From contig NC_010482.1 of NCBI RefSeq assembly GCF_000019605.1, positions 330,001-362,000 on the forward strand: 32,000 bases of DNA, read 5' to 3'. This DNA comes from Candidatus Korarchaeum cryptofilum OPF8 (GTDB lineage Archaea > Korarchaeota > Korarchaeia > Korarchaeales > Korarchaeaceae). This document shows, one piece after another, positions 17,881 through 26,308 of this stretch (position 1 is its first letter; the number at the start of each line of letters is the position of its first letter). The notes beneath the pieces were generated by a model, which was given only the letters and a program-made list of their open reading frames with translations, did not search any database and was not told the origin of the DNA. Made by a program: the position numbers and the translations under genes.

Positions 17881-18717
17881 ATGAGCCATGAAGGGATCCA
17901 TTTCGTTGAAATAGATCCTGAGGAGTTCGTGAAGGAGTGCAAAGCTATAATAGATAAATTGGAGGAGCGTGGCATCATAGCTAGGATACTGGGAGCGATG
18001 GCCGTATATATACACACAGAGAGGGATAAGAGAGCTAGGGAGATACACTCAACTAGGTTCGGGGCAGGCGTACCCATGTTCACAGATCTGGATCTCATGG
18101 CTTATAAGAAGCAGGCGAAGAAGCTCAAGGAGGTGTTCGAGAGGGAACTCGGATTCCTACCTGACAGGATGGTGAATGTACTCTTCAGCGATAGGAGGCT
18201 GATATACTACCATCCGGAGGGCAAGTTCCACGTGGATGTGTTCTTCAACAAACTGGAATTCTGTCACGATGTCAACTTCGGCGAGGAACCCGGGAAGGGG
18301 AGGCTCGAGCTCTCAAAATATGCGATAACACCGACCGATGTAGTCTTGGAGAAGCTGCAGATACATGAGATAAATCCGAAGGATATAGTCGATCTGATAG
18401 TCCTGTTCCTGACTCATGAGCTAGCGGAGGAGGAGGGGGAGGGGAAGATCAACGCTAAGTACATAGCTAAAGTCCTCGCAGATGACTGGGGATTCTGGTA
18501 CGATTCAGTCGAGAATTTGAAGAAGGTGAAGGCTTACGCTAGTCAGATGGTGAAGGAGGGGAGATTGAAGGAGGAGGAGATGGAGAAAGTGATTAGGCAA
18601 GTGGATTTACTCCTTAAGATAATAGAGGAGGAACCGAAGTCTAAGAACTGGATGAAGAGAGCGAAGGAGGGCACGAGCAAGAAATGGTGGAGGGATGTGG
18701 AGGAAATAGTTAGATGA
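17881..18717 (+). CDS. Hypothetical protein, possibly a divergent nucleotidyltransferase-fold protein with a helical C-terminal domain
   Basis: Starts 2 nt after the upstream stop (MSHEGIHFVE...). ILGAMAV...FTDLDLM...HVDVF loosely resembles G-x-n-D-x-D NTase signatures, but the spacing is atypically long. Confidence 0.55.
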   Translation: MSHEGIHFVEIDPEEFVKECKAIIDKLEERGIIARILGAMAVYIHTERDKRAREIHSTRFGAGVPMFTDLDLMAYKKQAKKLKEVFERELGFLPDRMVNVLFSDRRLIYYHPEGKFHVDVFFNKLEFCHDVNFGEEPGKGRLELSKYAITPTDVVLEKLQIHEINPKDIVDLIVLFLTHELAEEEGEGKINAKYIAKVLADDWGFWYDSVENLKKVKAYASQMVKEGRLKEEEMEKVIRQVDLLLKIIEEEPKSKNWMKRAKEGTSKKWWRDVEEIVR

Positions 18718-18830
18718 TCTAATCACCCTCCCTTTCACTCTATTTCGGAGATCAATTTTTCCAATAAACTGACGAATTATTATATCACTTCCATTGATAT
18801 CCCGACGTTATGTTATGGAAAAGCTTTAGA

Positions 18831-18848
18831 CGAAAAGTATTTAAAATA
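18831..18848 (+). promoter_or_regulatory. BRE/TATA promoter of the ECF transporter operon
   Basis: cgaaaagtatttaaaata lies ~30 nt upstream of ATG 18878. An aggtg lies 8 nt upstream of the ATG. Confidence 0.55.
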
Positions 18849-18877
18849 CCGGACTCGATTTCTACAGGTGCCTATAT

Positions 18878-19087
18878 ATGAGTCAGAAGGCGCCGAAAAT
18901 CCTTTTGTATTATGTAGGGCTCTTTCTCATAATAGCGGGAGTGATAGCGATCTTGGGACAGCTATATAACATTTACGTACTCCCACCGAAGAAACAGATC
19001 TCCCTGGACCTTTTCAATTACACTATAGTTGCATTGCTCGTGCTTGGGATAATCTTCACTGTTTGGGGAAAGCTTAAGGGAGGCTGA
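18878..19087 (+). CDS. Small membrane protein (two predicted TM helices)
   Basis: 69-aa ORF directly downstream of the promoter, with a 4-nt gap to the next gene. Confidence 0.55.
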   Translation: MSQKAPKILLYYVGLFLIIAGVIAILGQLYNIYVLPPKKQISLDLFNYTIVALLVLGIIFTVWGKLKGG

Positions 19088-19091
19088 TATC

Positions 19092-19862
19092 ATGAGCGAG
19101 TTCGTCTCCGAGAGGAGGGCTCCTGTCTCCTGGATAGCCCTCTATTCAGCATTATTGGGGGCTACAAGCATAGTCCCGATATTCCCTTACGTCGGAGGAG
19201 GTGGATACTGGCCTCTCTCACTTCCACTCGCAGCGATAGCTCCTTTCATATTGGGCCTACCAGCGGCAACGCTCAGCGCTTTCATAGGAGGCCTCATAGG
19301 CTGGGTCCTCTCGCCCGCCGCTTATCCTCTGGGCATAATCGATGTAATACTCACGGGCACGATGCCAGCTATAACAGTTGGCTTAACGATGAACGCTAAT
19401 AAGATGAAGTACTATATAATATTGATGATATTATACGTGAGCCAGGCAATAATAATAAACTTGGTGCCTTACTATATCCCAGGACCTGCTGGTGGTTTCG
19501 ATGCAGCGCCTCAACCCCTCTACTTCTCCCTGTTCCTGCCCACCTGGCTGCCCTGGATAATCGTGCTTCTAACGCCTATAGGCTTCAGGACCCTGCCTAG
19601 ATTGATAAGGGAAGCCACCGGGGCGAAGAGGTTCATCGCTATGTACTTCACCGTGCTGATAGGGATGTTCCTCTGGTGGATGCCCTGGGAGTACCCGTAC
19701 TGGTACGTCTATAAGTATCCAGTATCGCTCACGATAGCTACCGTCAGTGTATACTTGATATGGATCCCCATCTTCTGCGTGATAATAACGATAATAGCGA
19801 TCCCGATAATAGAAGGGCTGAAGAGGAGCGGGCTGCCTAAGGTGGCTGGGGCCATATGGTAG
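19092..19862 (+). CDS. Polytopic membrane protein, candidate substrate-capture (S) component of the adjacent ECF transporter
   Basis: 256 aa with about 6-7 hydrophobic spans, immediately upstream of the ecfA-ecfT genes. No recognisable S-component family signature. Confidence 0.55.
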   Translation: MSEFVSERRAPVSWIALYSALLGATSIVPIFPYVGGGGYWPLSLPLAAIAPFILGLPAATLSAFIGGLIGWVLSPAAYPLGIIDVILTGTMPAITVGLTMNANKMKYYIILMILYVSQAIIINLVPYYIPGPAGGFDAAPQPLYFSLFLPTWLPWIIVLLTPIGFRTLPRLIREATGAKRFIAMYFTVLIGMFLWWMPWEYPYWYVYKYPVSLTIATVSVYLIWIPIFCVIITIIAIPIIEGLKRSGLPKVAGAIW

Positions 19863-19875
19863 GAGGAGCCTTTTC

Positions 19876-21588
19876 ATGCCTGAAAGAGTCATTGAGCTCG
19901 AAGAAGTCACTTTCACATATCCCGATGGCACTGTCGCCCTCAAAAATATCTCTTTTTTTGTTGAGGAGGGGGAAGCTGTCGCTGTAGTTGGTGAGAATGG
20001 AGCGGGTAAGACCACCCTCTGCTACTTGCTATCCGGGGTGATACCGCATATATACGGGGGGACGATAAGGGGAAAGGTTAGCGTCGCTGGAATACAGCCT
20101 AAGGACTCTTCAATGAGGGATCTCTCTAGGCAGGTTTCTATAGTGCTTCAGGATCCGGATTCCCAGATATTCTCCCCCACTGTCTTCATGGAGGTAGCCT
20201 TCGGCCCCAGCAATCTGGGGTTGAGCAAGGAGGAGATAGTAGCTAATGTGAAGTGGGCTCTAGAAGCTACGGGCTTAAGCGGTCTCGAGGAGAGATCGCC
20301 TGATGAGCTATCCGGGGGACAGAAGCAGAGGCTTGTCTTAGCTTCAGCTCTAGCGATGAGATCCAAGGTCCTGGTACTGGATGAACCCACATCTCAGCTC
20401 GATCCCGTTGGAGTCAGGGAAGTTATGGCTACTCTCAAGGAATTGAAGAGGAGAGGCGTCACTATGGTGATAACTACCCATCAGACTGAGGAGATAGCCG
20501 AGATAGCTGATAAAGTCATCGTACTTAAGGATGGGAACCTGCTGGCGATTGGAAGCCCTAAGGAGATATTCTCCAATGTCGAATTGATGGAGAGAGCTGG
20601 TGTGAAGGCACCTGATGTCGCTATCTTGACTTATGAGCTTACTAAGAGGGGATTAAGCCCTGAGGAGATTCCGATAAACGAACTAGAGGCGAATAAGGTT
20701 TTATACAAGTTCATAAGGGATGGAAAAATTAGGGTCTCAGGTAAGCTGAGCTTCGAGCAGAAGAGGAATGAGAGAGCGATAATAGAAGTTAGAGACTTAA
20801 CTTTCGAGTACCCTGGGAGAGTTAGAGCTCTAGATGACGTGAACCTGACCGTATATGAGGGGGACTTCCTAGGGGTAATAGGGATGAACGGATCTGGGAA
20901 ATCGACCTTGGTCAAGACCATGATAGGGTTGCTCAAACCCCAGCATGGGAAAGTCCTATTCAAGGGTGAGGATGTCTCCAAGTTCACGGTGGGTGAGCTC
21001 GCTAGAAAGATAGGGCTCATACTACAGAACCCGGATTACCAGCTCTTCACCATATCAGCGATAGAGGAGGTGATGTTCGGCCTCAGGAATATAGGCGTTA
21101 AGGGGGAGGAGGCGAGGAAGCTCGCCCTGGAGATATTGGATATGGTTGGGTTGAAGGAGAAAGCGGAGTACTTCCCATTCAAGCTCAGCTTCGGGGAGAG
21201 GAGGCTCCTAGCAGCTGCAGCGACGCTAGCATTGAACCCGGAGGTGATAATACTCGATGAACCGACGACAGCTCAGGACTATAGGGGGAGGTATCTCTTA
21301 GCTGATCTCGCGAAAAATCTGCATGAGAGAGGGAAGACTATCATAATGATAACTCATGATATGGATCTCATCGCTAAATACGCGAATAGGGTGATAGTGA
21401 TGACGAACGGCAAGATAATAATGGACGGCGATCCTCACGAGGTATTCAACGATATCGAGAGGCTGAGGCAGGCTGGAGTAATGCCCCCGCAGATCACGAG
21501 GCTAGCGATTTCCATGAGTCAAATGGGAATACCTAGCCAGATAATAAAGATAGAGGAATTCTTAGAGGTGGTGGAGGTGGTCAAATGA
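19876..21588 (+). CDS. ecfA: Fused tandem ABC ATPase of an ECF transporter (EcfA1-EcfA2 / CbiO-type)
   Basis: 570 aa with two complete ABC cassettes. First: GENGAGKTT, LSGGQKQR, VLVLDEPTS. Second: GMNGSGKST, LSFGERRLL, VIILDEPTT. Confidence 0.9.
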   Translation: MPERVIELEEVTFTYPDGTVALKNISFFVEEGEAVAVVGENGAGKTTLCYLLSGVIPHIYGGTIRGKVSVAGIQPKDSSMRDLSRQVSIVLQDPDSQIFSPTVFMEVAFGPSNLGLSKEEIVANVKWALEATGLSGLEERSPDELSGGQKQRLVLASALAMRSKVLVLDEPTSQLDPVGVREVMATLKELKRRGVTMVITTHQTEEIAEIADKVIVLKDGNLLAIGSPKEIFSNVELMERAGVKAPDVAILTYELTKRGLSPEEIPINELEANKVLYKFIRDGKIRVSGKLSFEQKRNERAIIEVRDLTFEYPGRVRALDDVNLTVYEGDFLGVIGMNGSGKSTLVKTMIGLLKPQHGKVLFKGEDVSKFTVGELARKIGLILQNPDYQLFTISAIEEVMFGLRNIGVKGEEARKLALEILDMVGLKEKAEYFPFKLSFGERRLLAAAATLALNPEVIILDEPTTAQDYRGRYLLADLAKNLHERGKTIIMITHDMDLIAKYANRVIVMTNGKIIMDGDPHEVFNDIERLRQAGVMPPQITRLAISMSQMGIPSQIIKIEEFLEVVEVVK

Positions 21589-22442
21589 CTTTCAAATATG
21601 TCGAGAAGGATACTGTAATTCATAAATTGCATCCGATGACTAAAGCCTTGCTCCTGCTCGCGGCACTGATGCTAGCTCTCATCTTCACTTACGATTACTC
21701 CATAATACCGTTGCTCATCGTCCTGGCTTTCGAGCTCATAATATGGAAGATAGCTGGGATAGAGTTCTGGAGGGTAGCCATAGTGATAAAGGTGCTGCTT
21801 GGGATATTCCTATTCTTCATAATCGTTCAGGGATTCCTTTACAGGGGAGGAGTGACTCCACTATTCGCGATAGGCCACTTCAAGCTCTGGGAGAAGGACA
21901 TAGGGGAGTTCACACTCGAGGGCCTTCTCTACGGTATCTTCATATCGGCTAAGATACTGGTCGTAGTGATAGCAGCCATAATATTCGTGATGACGACATC
22001 AATAACGAAGATGTCGGCTCTCGCTCACAGCCTCAGGCTACCTTACAGTTTCTCCTTCACGCTACTGGCTGGCCTCAGATTCGCTCCCCTTATATTCAAA
22101 TCCTTCTCGGATATAAAGGACGCCCAGAAGCTCAGGGCATTCGATATAGATAGGATGAACATAATAGTGAGGGCATTCAAAGCCTACGTCCCCATATTAA
22201 CTCCTCTGATACTCAACCTCCTCAGGAGGGGGATGGAGCTCCAGATATCGATAGAGTCGAGGGGATATGGAGCTACCAAGAACCCGACTCAACTGGAGGA
22301 ACTTCAAGTTAGGCTCTGGGATTACATAACATTCATCATAATAATAGTGGTTTTCGCGTCCTCTGTCTACGTGAATTATACGATCGCTCCCTCCCTATAC
22401 TCGAGCTTCCTCCAGTCCCTGAGGTCACTGCTGGGGGGCTGA
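21585..22442 (+). CDS. ecfT: ECF transporter transmembrane (T) component (EcfT/CbiQ family)
   Basis: 285-aa membrane protein overlapping ecfA by 4 nt. Contains the conserved Arg-containing coupling helix region (LRLPYSFSFTLLAGLRFAPL). Confidence 0.8.
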   Translation: MTFKYVEKDTVIHKLHPMTKALLLLAALMLALIFTYDYSIIPLLIVLAFELIIWKIAGIEFWRVAIVIKVLLGIFLFFIIVQGFLYRGGVTPLFAIGHFKLWEKDIGEFTLEGLLYGIFISAKILVVVIAAIIFVMTTSITKMSALAHSLRLPYSFSFTLLAGLRFAPLIFKSFSDIKDAQKLRAFDIDRMNIIVRAFKAYVPILTPLILNLLRRGMELQISIESRGYGATKNPTQLEELQVRLWDYITFIIIIVVFASSVYVNYTIAPSLYSSFLQSLRSLLGG

Positions 22443-22444
22443 TC

Positions 22445-23521
22445 TTGTTAGATGTGACTGACGTGTTCAGGATATGCTCGGAGAGGAGGAGGGAGGGGAG
22501 GAGGGTGATAGACGCCCATATAGGGGAGCCTAGCCACCCTCCTCCAGCGAGGATAAGCGAGATCCTCAGGGGAATAGGGGACGTGGGATCTAAGTACATG
22601 CCGTTCGAGGGGCTGAGGGAGACGAGGGAGAGGATCTCTAAGTTCGCTAGGGACTTCCTGGGGAGGGATATCGATCCCGATGGTGTATTCGTGACTAACG
22701 GAGGGGCTCAAGCCCTGACCTCAACTCTGATGGTCCTGAGGGGGAGGAAGATACTCCTCCCAGCCCCCGGATTCACTCAATACTTCGATAACGCTAGGAT
22801 AATGGGCTTTAGCTTCGCCACATACAATTCCGCAGCGGAGGATCCTGTTGATGAGATCTTAGGGAAGCTAGGAGATGCTGGTGCTGTCCTCATAAACTAC
22901 CCAAATAATCCTACAGGCTTCGTCCCTGAGAAAGATGTCCTGATGGAGCTTTGGGATGAGCTGAGGAGGAGGAATGTGTTGCTGATAAACGATGCAGCTT
23001 ACTCCCAGATATACTTCGATTCTAGGCCAGAGGTACCGGGGGATGTAATAATAGACACTTTCAGCAAGACCTTCGGCGTACCGGGGCTGAGGCTGGGTTA
23101 CGTTTACTGGGGACTGGAGGAGAGGAAAAAGATATTCGATGCCGTTTACATCACATCAGCTGGCGTCTCAGAGATATCTCAGATAGTACTGAACTCACTT
23201 CTAGATTCGCTCACCGAGGATTACTTAGAGAAAGTGAGATCACATTACAAGAGGAAGAGGGATAAGATAATCGAGCTAATGGAGGATTTCTCCTTCCCCC
23301 ACCCGAGGGGAGCCTTTTACATATTCGCCAGCCATAAGAAGCTGAGGGATTCGAAGGAGCTAGCTTTAAGGCTCCTTCAGAGGGATCCGGCAGTTGGTAT
23401 AGTTCCGGGAGATGTCTTCATGGGGGATAGGGGGAGCTTCAGGATATGCTACAGCCTCCTGAGCGATGATGAAGCTGAGGAAATGGTCGAGATAATCTTA
23501 GAGGAGATTCATAAGATGTAA
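22445..23521 (+). CDS. PLP-dependent aminotransferase, class I/II fold (paralog of 574..1653)
   Basis: 358 aa with a TTG start 2 nt after the ecfT stop. Motifs NYPNNPTG, NDAAYSQIY and TFSKTFGVPGLRLGY. Confidence 0.85.
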   Translation: MLDVTDVFRICSERRREGRRVIDAHIGEPSHPPPARISEILRGIGDVGSKYMPFEGLRETRERISKFARDFLGRDIDPDGVFVTNGGAQALTSTLMVLRGRKILLPAPGFTQYFDNARIMGFSFATYNSAAEDPVDEILGKLGDAGAVLINYPNNPTGFVPEKDVLMELWDELRRRNVLLINDAAYSQIYFDSRPEVPGDVIIDTFSKTFGVPGLRLGYVYWGLEERKKIFDAVYITSAGVSEISQIVLNSLLDSLTEDYLEKVRSHYKRKRDKIIELMEDFSFPHPRGAFYIFASHKKLRDSKELALRLLQRDPAVGIVPGDVFMGDRGSFRICYSLLSDDEAEEMVEIILEEIHKM

Positions 23522-23964
23522 TCCATCGGAAGGTATTTGATCCCGTTCCTCAGGAGGCTAGCCAGCTTCCTCGTCGTCCTCGTCACATCCTCCCTAGTGG
23601 AAGCTTCCTCCAAGCTGAACCAGGAGACATCTATCGCATCCCCTCCCGGCCTCTCGGATCCCTCTATCGAAGCGGGATCGAATATTATGTCCGCTATGAC
23701 GTAATGGTACTTAACTCTACTATCATCGTTCACCACTACTTGGCTCAAAGCGATTAAACCGATCGGCTCCGCTGACAAATTAGTCTCCTCGAATAGCTCC
23801 CTCTTCGCAGCTTCTAAGATACTCTCACCGGCCTCCACAGCACCGCCAGGTATGGACCACTTCCCCTGACCCGGAGGGAACCCCCTCCTGACGAGGAGGA
23901 GCTTCCCCTCCCTCAAAAGGACGGCGCCCACGCTAGCTATAGCATATCTAGGGAACTCCCTCAT
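23509..23964 (-). CDS. NUDIX hydrolase
   Basis: Nudix box GGAVEAGESILEAAKRELFEETNL. The 3' end overlaps the convergent aminotransferase gene by 13 nt. Confidence 0.85.
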   Translation of the reverse strand: MREFPRYAIASVGAVLLREGKLLLVRRGFPPGQGKWSIPGGAVEAGESILEAAKRELFEETNLSAEPIGLIALSQVVVNDDSRVKYHYVIADIIFDPASIEGSERPGGDAIDVSWFSLEEASTREDVTRTTRKLASLLRNGIKYLPMDYIL

Positions 23965-24003
23965 AGCTTGAGGGAGGGTTGAGAGGTAAAAAAGTTGAGC
24001 TCC

Positions 24004-24513
24004 TCAACGCTCCCTCATGTAGGTCGGCGCCTTCTCCGGGGAGACCCCTCTCTTCACTTTATGGTAGTAATCGTAAGTCATAACTTCCTCATCACTGAGC
24101 AGCTCCGCGTCCACGAGCTCCCCCACGAAGATAGTATGCGTGCCCACATCGAGCGTAGAGGTGACGATGAACTCCATGTACGCGACTGATTCATCGAGTA
24201 CTATGGGTGCTCCAGTCTTCCCTATCTTGTACGAGATCCCCTCGAATTTATTCAGATCCCTCCCGCTCATGAAACCGAATCTCCCTATCAACGTCATCGG
24301 AGCTTCTTTCCTGAGGACCGATACTGAGAAAGCCCAGCTTGACCTTATGCACTCATGCGTAAAATTCTCCTTATTTATGCAAACGGCGACCTTAGGGGGT
24401 TCAGATGTCACTTGGAAGACTGTGTTAGCTATCTGACCGTTCAGCTTATCTCCCAATCTCGAGGAGACTATGTATAACCCATAAGAGATCTTCCTCAGGG
24501 CCTTGGCGTTCAT
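24004..24513 (-). CDS. Flavin reductase-like FMN-binding split-barrel protein
   Basis: 169 aa. N-terminal ISYGLYIVSS...NGQIANTVFQVTSEPPKVAVCINK pattern typical of the flavin reductase/flavoredoxin domain. Confidence 0.7.
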   Translation of the reverse strand: MNAKALRKISYGLYIVSSRLGDKLNGQIANTVFQVTSEPPKVAVCINKENFTHECIRSSWAFSVSVLRKEAPMTLIGRFGFMSGRDLNKFEGISYKIGKTGAPIVLDESVAYMEFIVTSTLDVGTHTIFVGELVDAELLSDEEVMTYDYYHKVKRGVSPEKAPTYMRER

Positions 24514-24545
24514 AGGCCCTTCAGGATAGGAAAAATAAAAAGATA

Positions 24546-25118
24546 TCAGTAGAAAGTCACTCTATCCACATCCCTGCATTTCGATAAAGCTAATAGCTTC
24601 GAGATACTCTTCGGGAAGGAGACCTCGTCGCAATCCCTTATCACTGCCACGTACTTCTCCAGCGTCGCCTCATCCACATCTTGAGAGAAAACGACCTTCC
24701 TCACGTTCGATATCAGCACCCTCCTCCCGAACTTCTCGAAGTCCTCCTTACTGAGCTCTATCTCCTCAATACCTGAGATCGGCACTGGAGTTAAGTTAGA
24801 GATGCCCTCACTAATCGACTTCCCGGCCTCCTTAACCCCCTCCACTAGGGGCTGGATGCTTCTGAGCCCGCCCATAACGTCGAGCAAGAGCCTCATCGCC
24901 TCATTTATCGCCTCCCCTATGCTTATCCCGAGCTTCCTAGAGAGCTCAGCGACGCTATTATAAAGCTCCGGGTTTAATCCCCTTATAGTTATGTCCTTGC
25001 TCAGACGCTCCTCTCCTGATGCCCTCACTACTACCTCCTTGCCCGCGGACCTCACTGTAACGCCTGGAGGCGTTACAGCTACCTCCTCACCCGGGCGTTC
25101 CTCCCTACTCTCTGACAT
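24546..25118 (-). CDS. Hypothetical protein with a central ribbon-helix-helix-like segment and an uncharacterised C-terminal domain
   Basis: Start chosen at ATG 25118 (MSESREE...). It is preceded by aggtg and by the TATA-like gcttatata at 25146-25152, just past the dapA-family stop. ITIRGLNPELYNSVAELSRKLGISIGEAINEAMRLLL resembles RHH (CopG/Arc-type) domains. Confidence 0.6.
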   Translation of the reverse strand: MSESREERPGEEVAVTPPGVTVRSAGKEVVVRASGEERLSKDITIRGLNPELYNSVAELSRKLGISIGEAINEAMRLLLDVMGGLRSIQPLVEGVKEAGKSISEGISNLTPVPISGIEEIELSKEDFEKFGRRVLISNVRKVVFSQDVDEATLEKYVAVIRDCDEVSFPKSISKLLALSKCRDVDRVTFY

Positions 25119-25161
25119 AGTCACACCTGTATTACATGCAATCATTAGTATATAAGCATTA

Positions 25162-26061
25162 CTAGTCATGCAAGCCTAACTCCCTCAGCACTCCAGTTAT
25201 AGCTGTTACCACGCTACCCGGCTCCTCCGTCAAGGGGGGCCTCACGTGAGGCTTAACAGGGGTTCCCATCACATTTAGAGCTGTTTTAATTGCAGTGGGG
25301 AATGATGAAGCTATATCGTAAATGGAAGAGAGCTTCAAGAGCTTATAATTCTCCTCTAAAGCTCTCCTGAGATCTCCATTTTCCCAAGCATCGTAGATAG
25401 CTCTGTGCAAGCTAGGGATTAAGTTCGCTAAGGCAGTTATCCCCCCATCCCCTCCCATCATCAAGTTGAAGAGGAGCAGATCGTCCATCCCAGTGAGCAC
25501 TGAGAAGTCCTTCCTGACGGATTTTATCCCCTGAATCAATCTCCTCAAGTAGGAGAAGCTATCGTAAGTGACTTTGGCTCCCGCGATATTGCTGTGCTCC
25601 TGGGCTAATTCGATATAGAGTTCTATGGGAACATTTATACCCGTAAGGGAGGGTATATTGTAAATTATTATCGGTAAATCCACTCTATCAGCTATCCTAG
25701 AGAAGTGCAGCCCCAGCTTCTTAGCATCTATCTTGAAGAAGAATGGAGGAGTGACTATAACACCATCAGCGCCCATATCTTTGAAAATATTGCCTAACTC
25801 AACGGCTTTATCCGTAGAATTATGGCTTATCCCGGGTATAACCCAGATCTTCCCACCGACTTCATCTATCAGCGCTTCAGTAAGCCTTATCGCCTCCTCC
25901 CTTTCCAGATGGACGAACTCGCCCGTGGTCGAGTTCGGGAAGATGCCATGAACCCCTCCCCTCAGCTGATGATTTGCGAGCCATCTCAAAGCATCGAAAT
26001 CTATCTCGAGCTTCTCATTGAAAGGGGTTATCAATGGAGTTATTATCCCCCTGAAGGACAT
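25162..26061 (-). CDS. DapA/N-acetylneuraminate lyase family class-I aldolase (4-hydroxy-tetrahydrodipicolinate synthase or KDG-type aldolase)
   Basis: 299 aa. GIITPLITPF, STTGEFVHL, IIYNIP and AGAKVT (Schiff-base lysine region). Confidence 0.8.
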   Translation of the reverse strand: MSFRGIITPLITPFNEKLEIDFDALRWLANHQLRGGVHGIFPNSTTGEFVHLEREEAIRLTEALIDEVGGKIWVIPGISHNSTDKAVELGNIFKDMGADGVIVTPPFFFKIDAKKLGLHFSRIADRVDLPIIIYNIPSLTGINVPIELYIELAQEHSNIAGAKVTYDSFSYLRRLIQGIKSVRKDFSVLTGMDDLLLFNLMMGGDGGITALANLIPSLHRAIYDAWENGDLRRALEENYKLLKLSSIYDIASSFPTAIKTALNVMGTPVKPHVRPPLTEEPGSVVTAITGVLRELGLHD

Positions 26062-26254
26062 GGAGTCACCAGGAGAATTGCATATCTCTATCAGATAAAC
26101 CCAGTGGTACTAATACTCTAGAAATATTAATGTATATCTTCATCGTTATATAAAAATAGCTCCGATATGAGAAATTATTAAATATTTAATTCTCATCGTA
26201 TGGGTTTGTTAGATTAGTTTCATGGAATTGGAAACTCGTGACATCGACCAAGCC

Positions 26255-26272
26255 TCGCCCTTCAGGGCGGGG
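26255..26272 (+). repeat. Left-end subterminal hairpin (tcgcccttcagggcgggg)
   Basis: cgccc/gggcg 5-bp stem with ttca loop. 18/18 identical to 27741..27758. Confidence 0.75.
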
Positions 26273-26286
26273 TAAAGTTTTTAAGC
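26273..26286 (+). promoter_or_regulatory. BRE/TATA-like box inside the IS left end
   Basis: taaagtttttaagc lies ~25-30 nt upstream of ATG 26309 and matches the promoter consensus seen elsewhere in the window. Confidence 0.45.
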
Positions 26287-26308
26287 TACTGTTCGCTACT
26301 TCTGTGGT

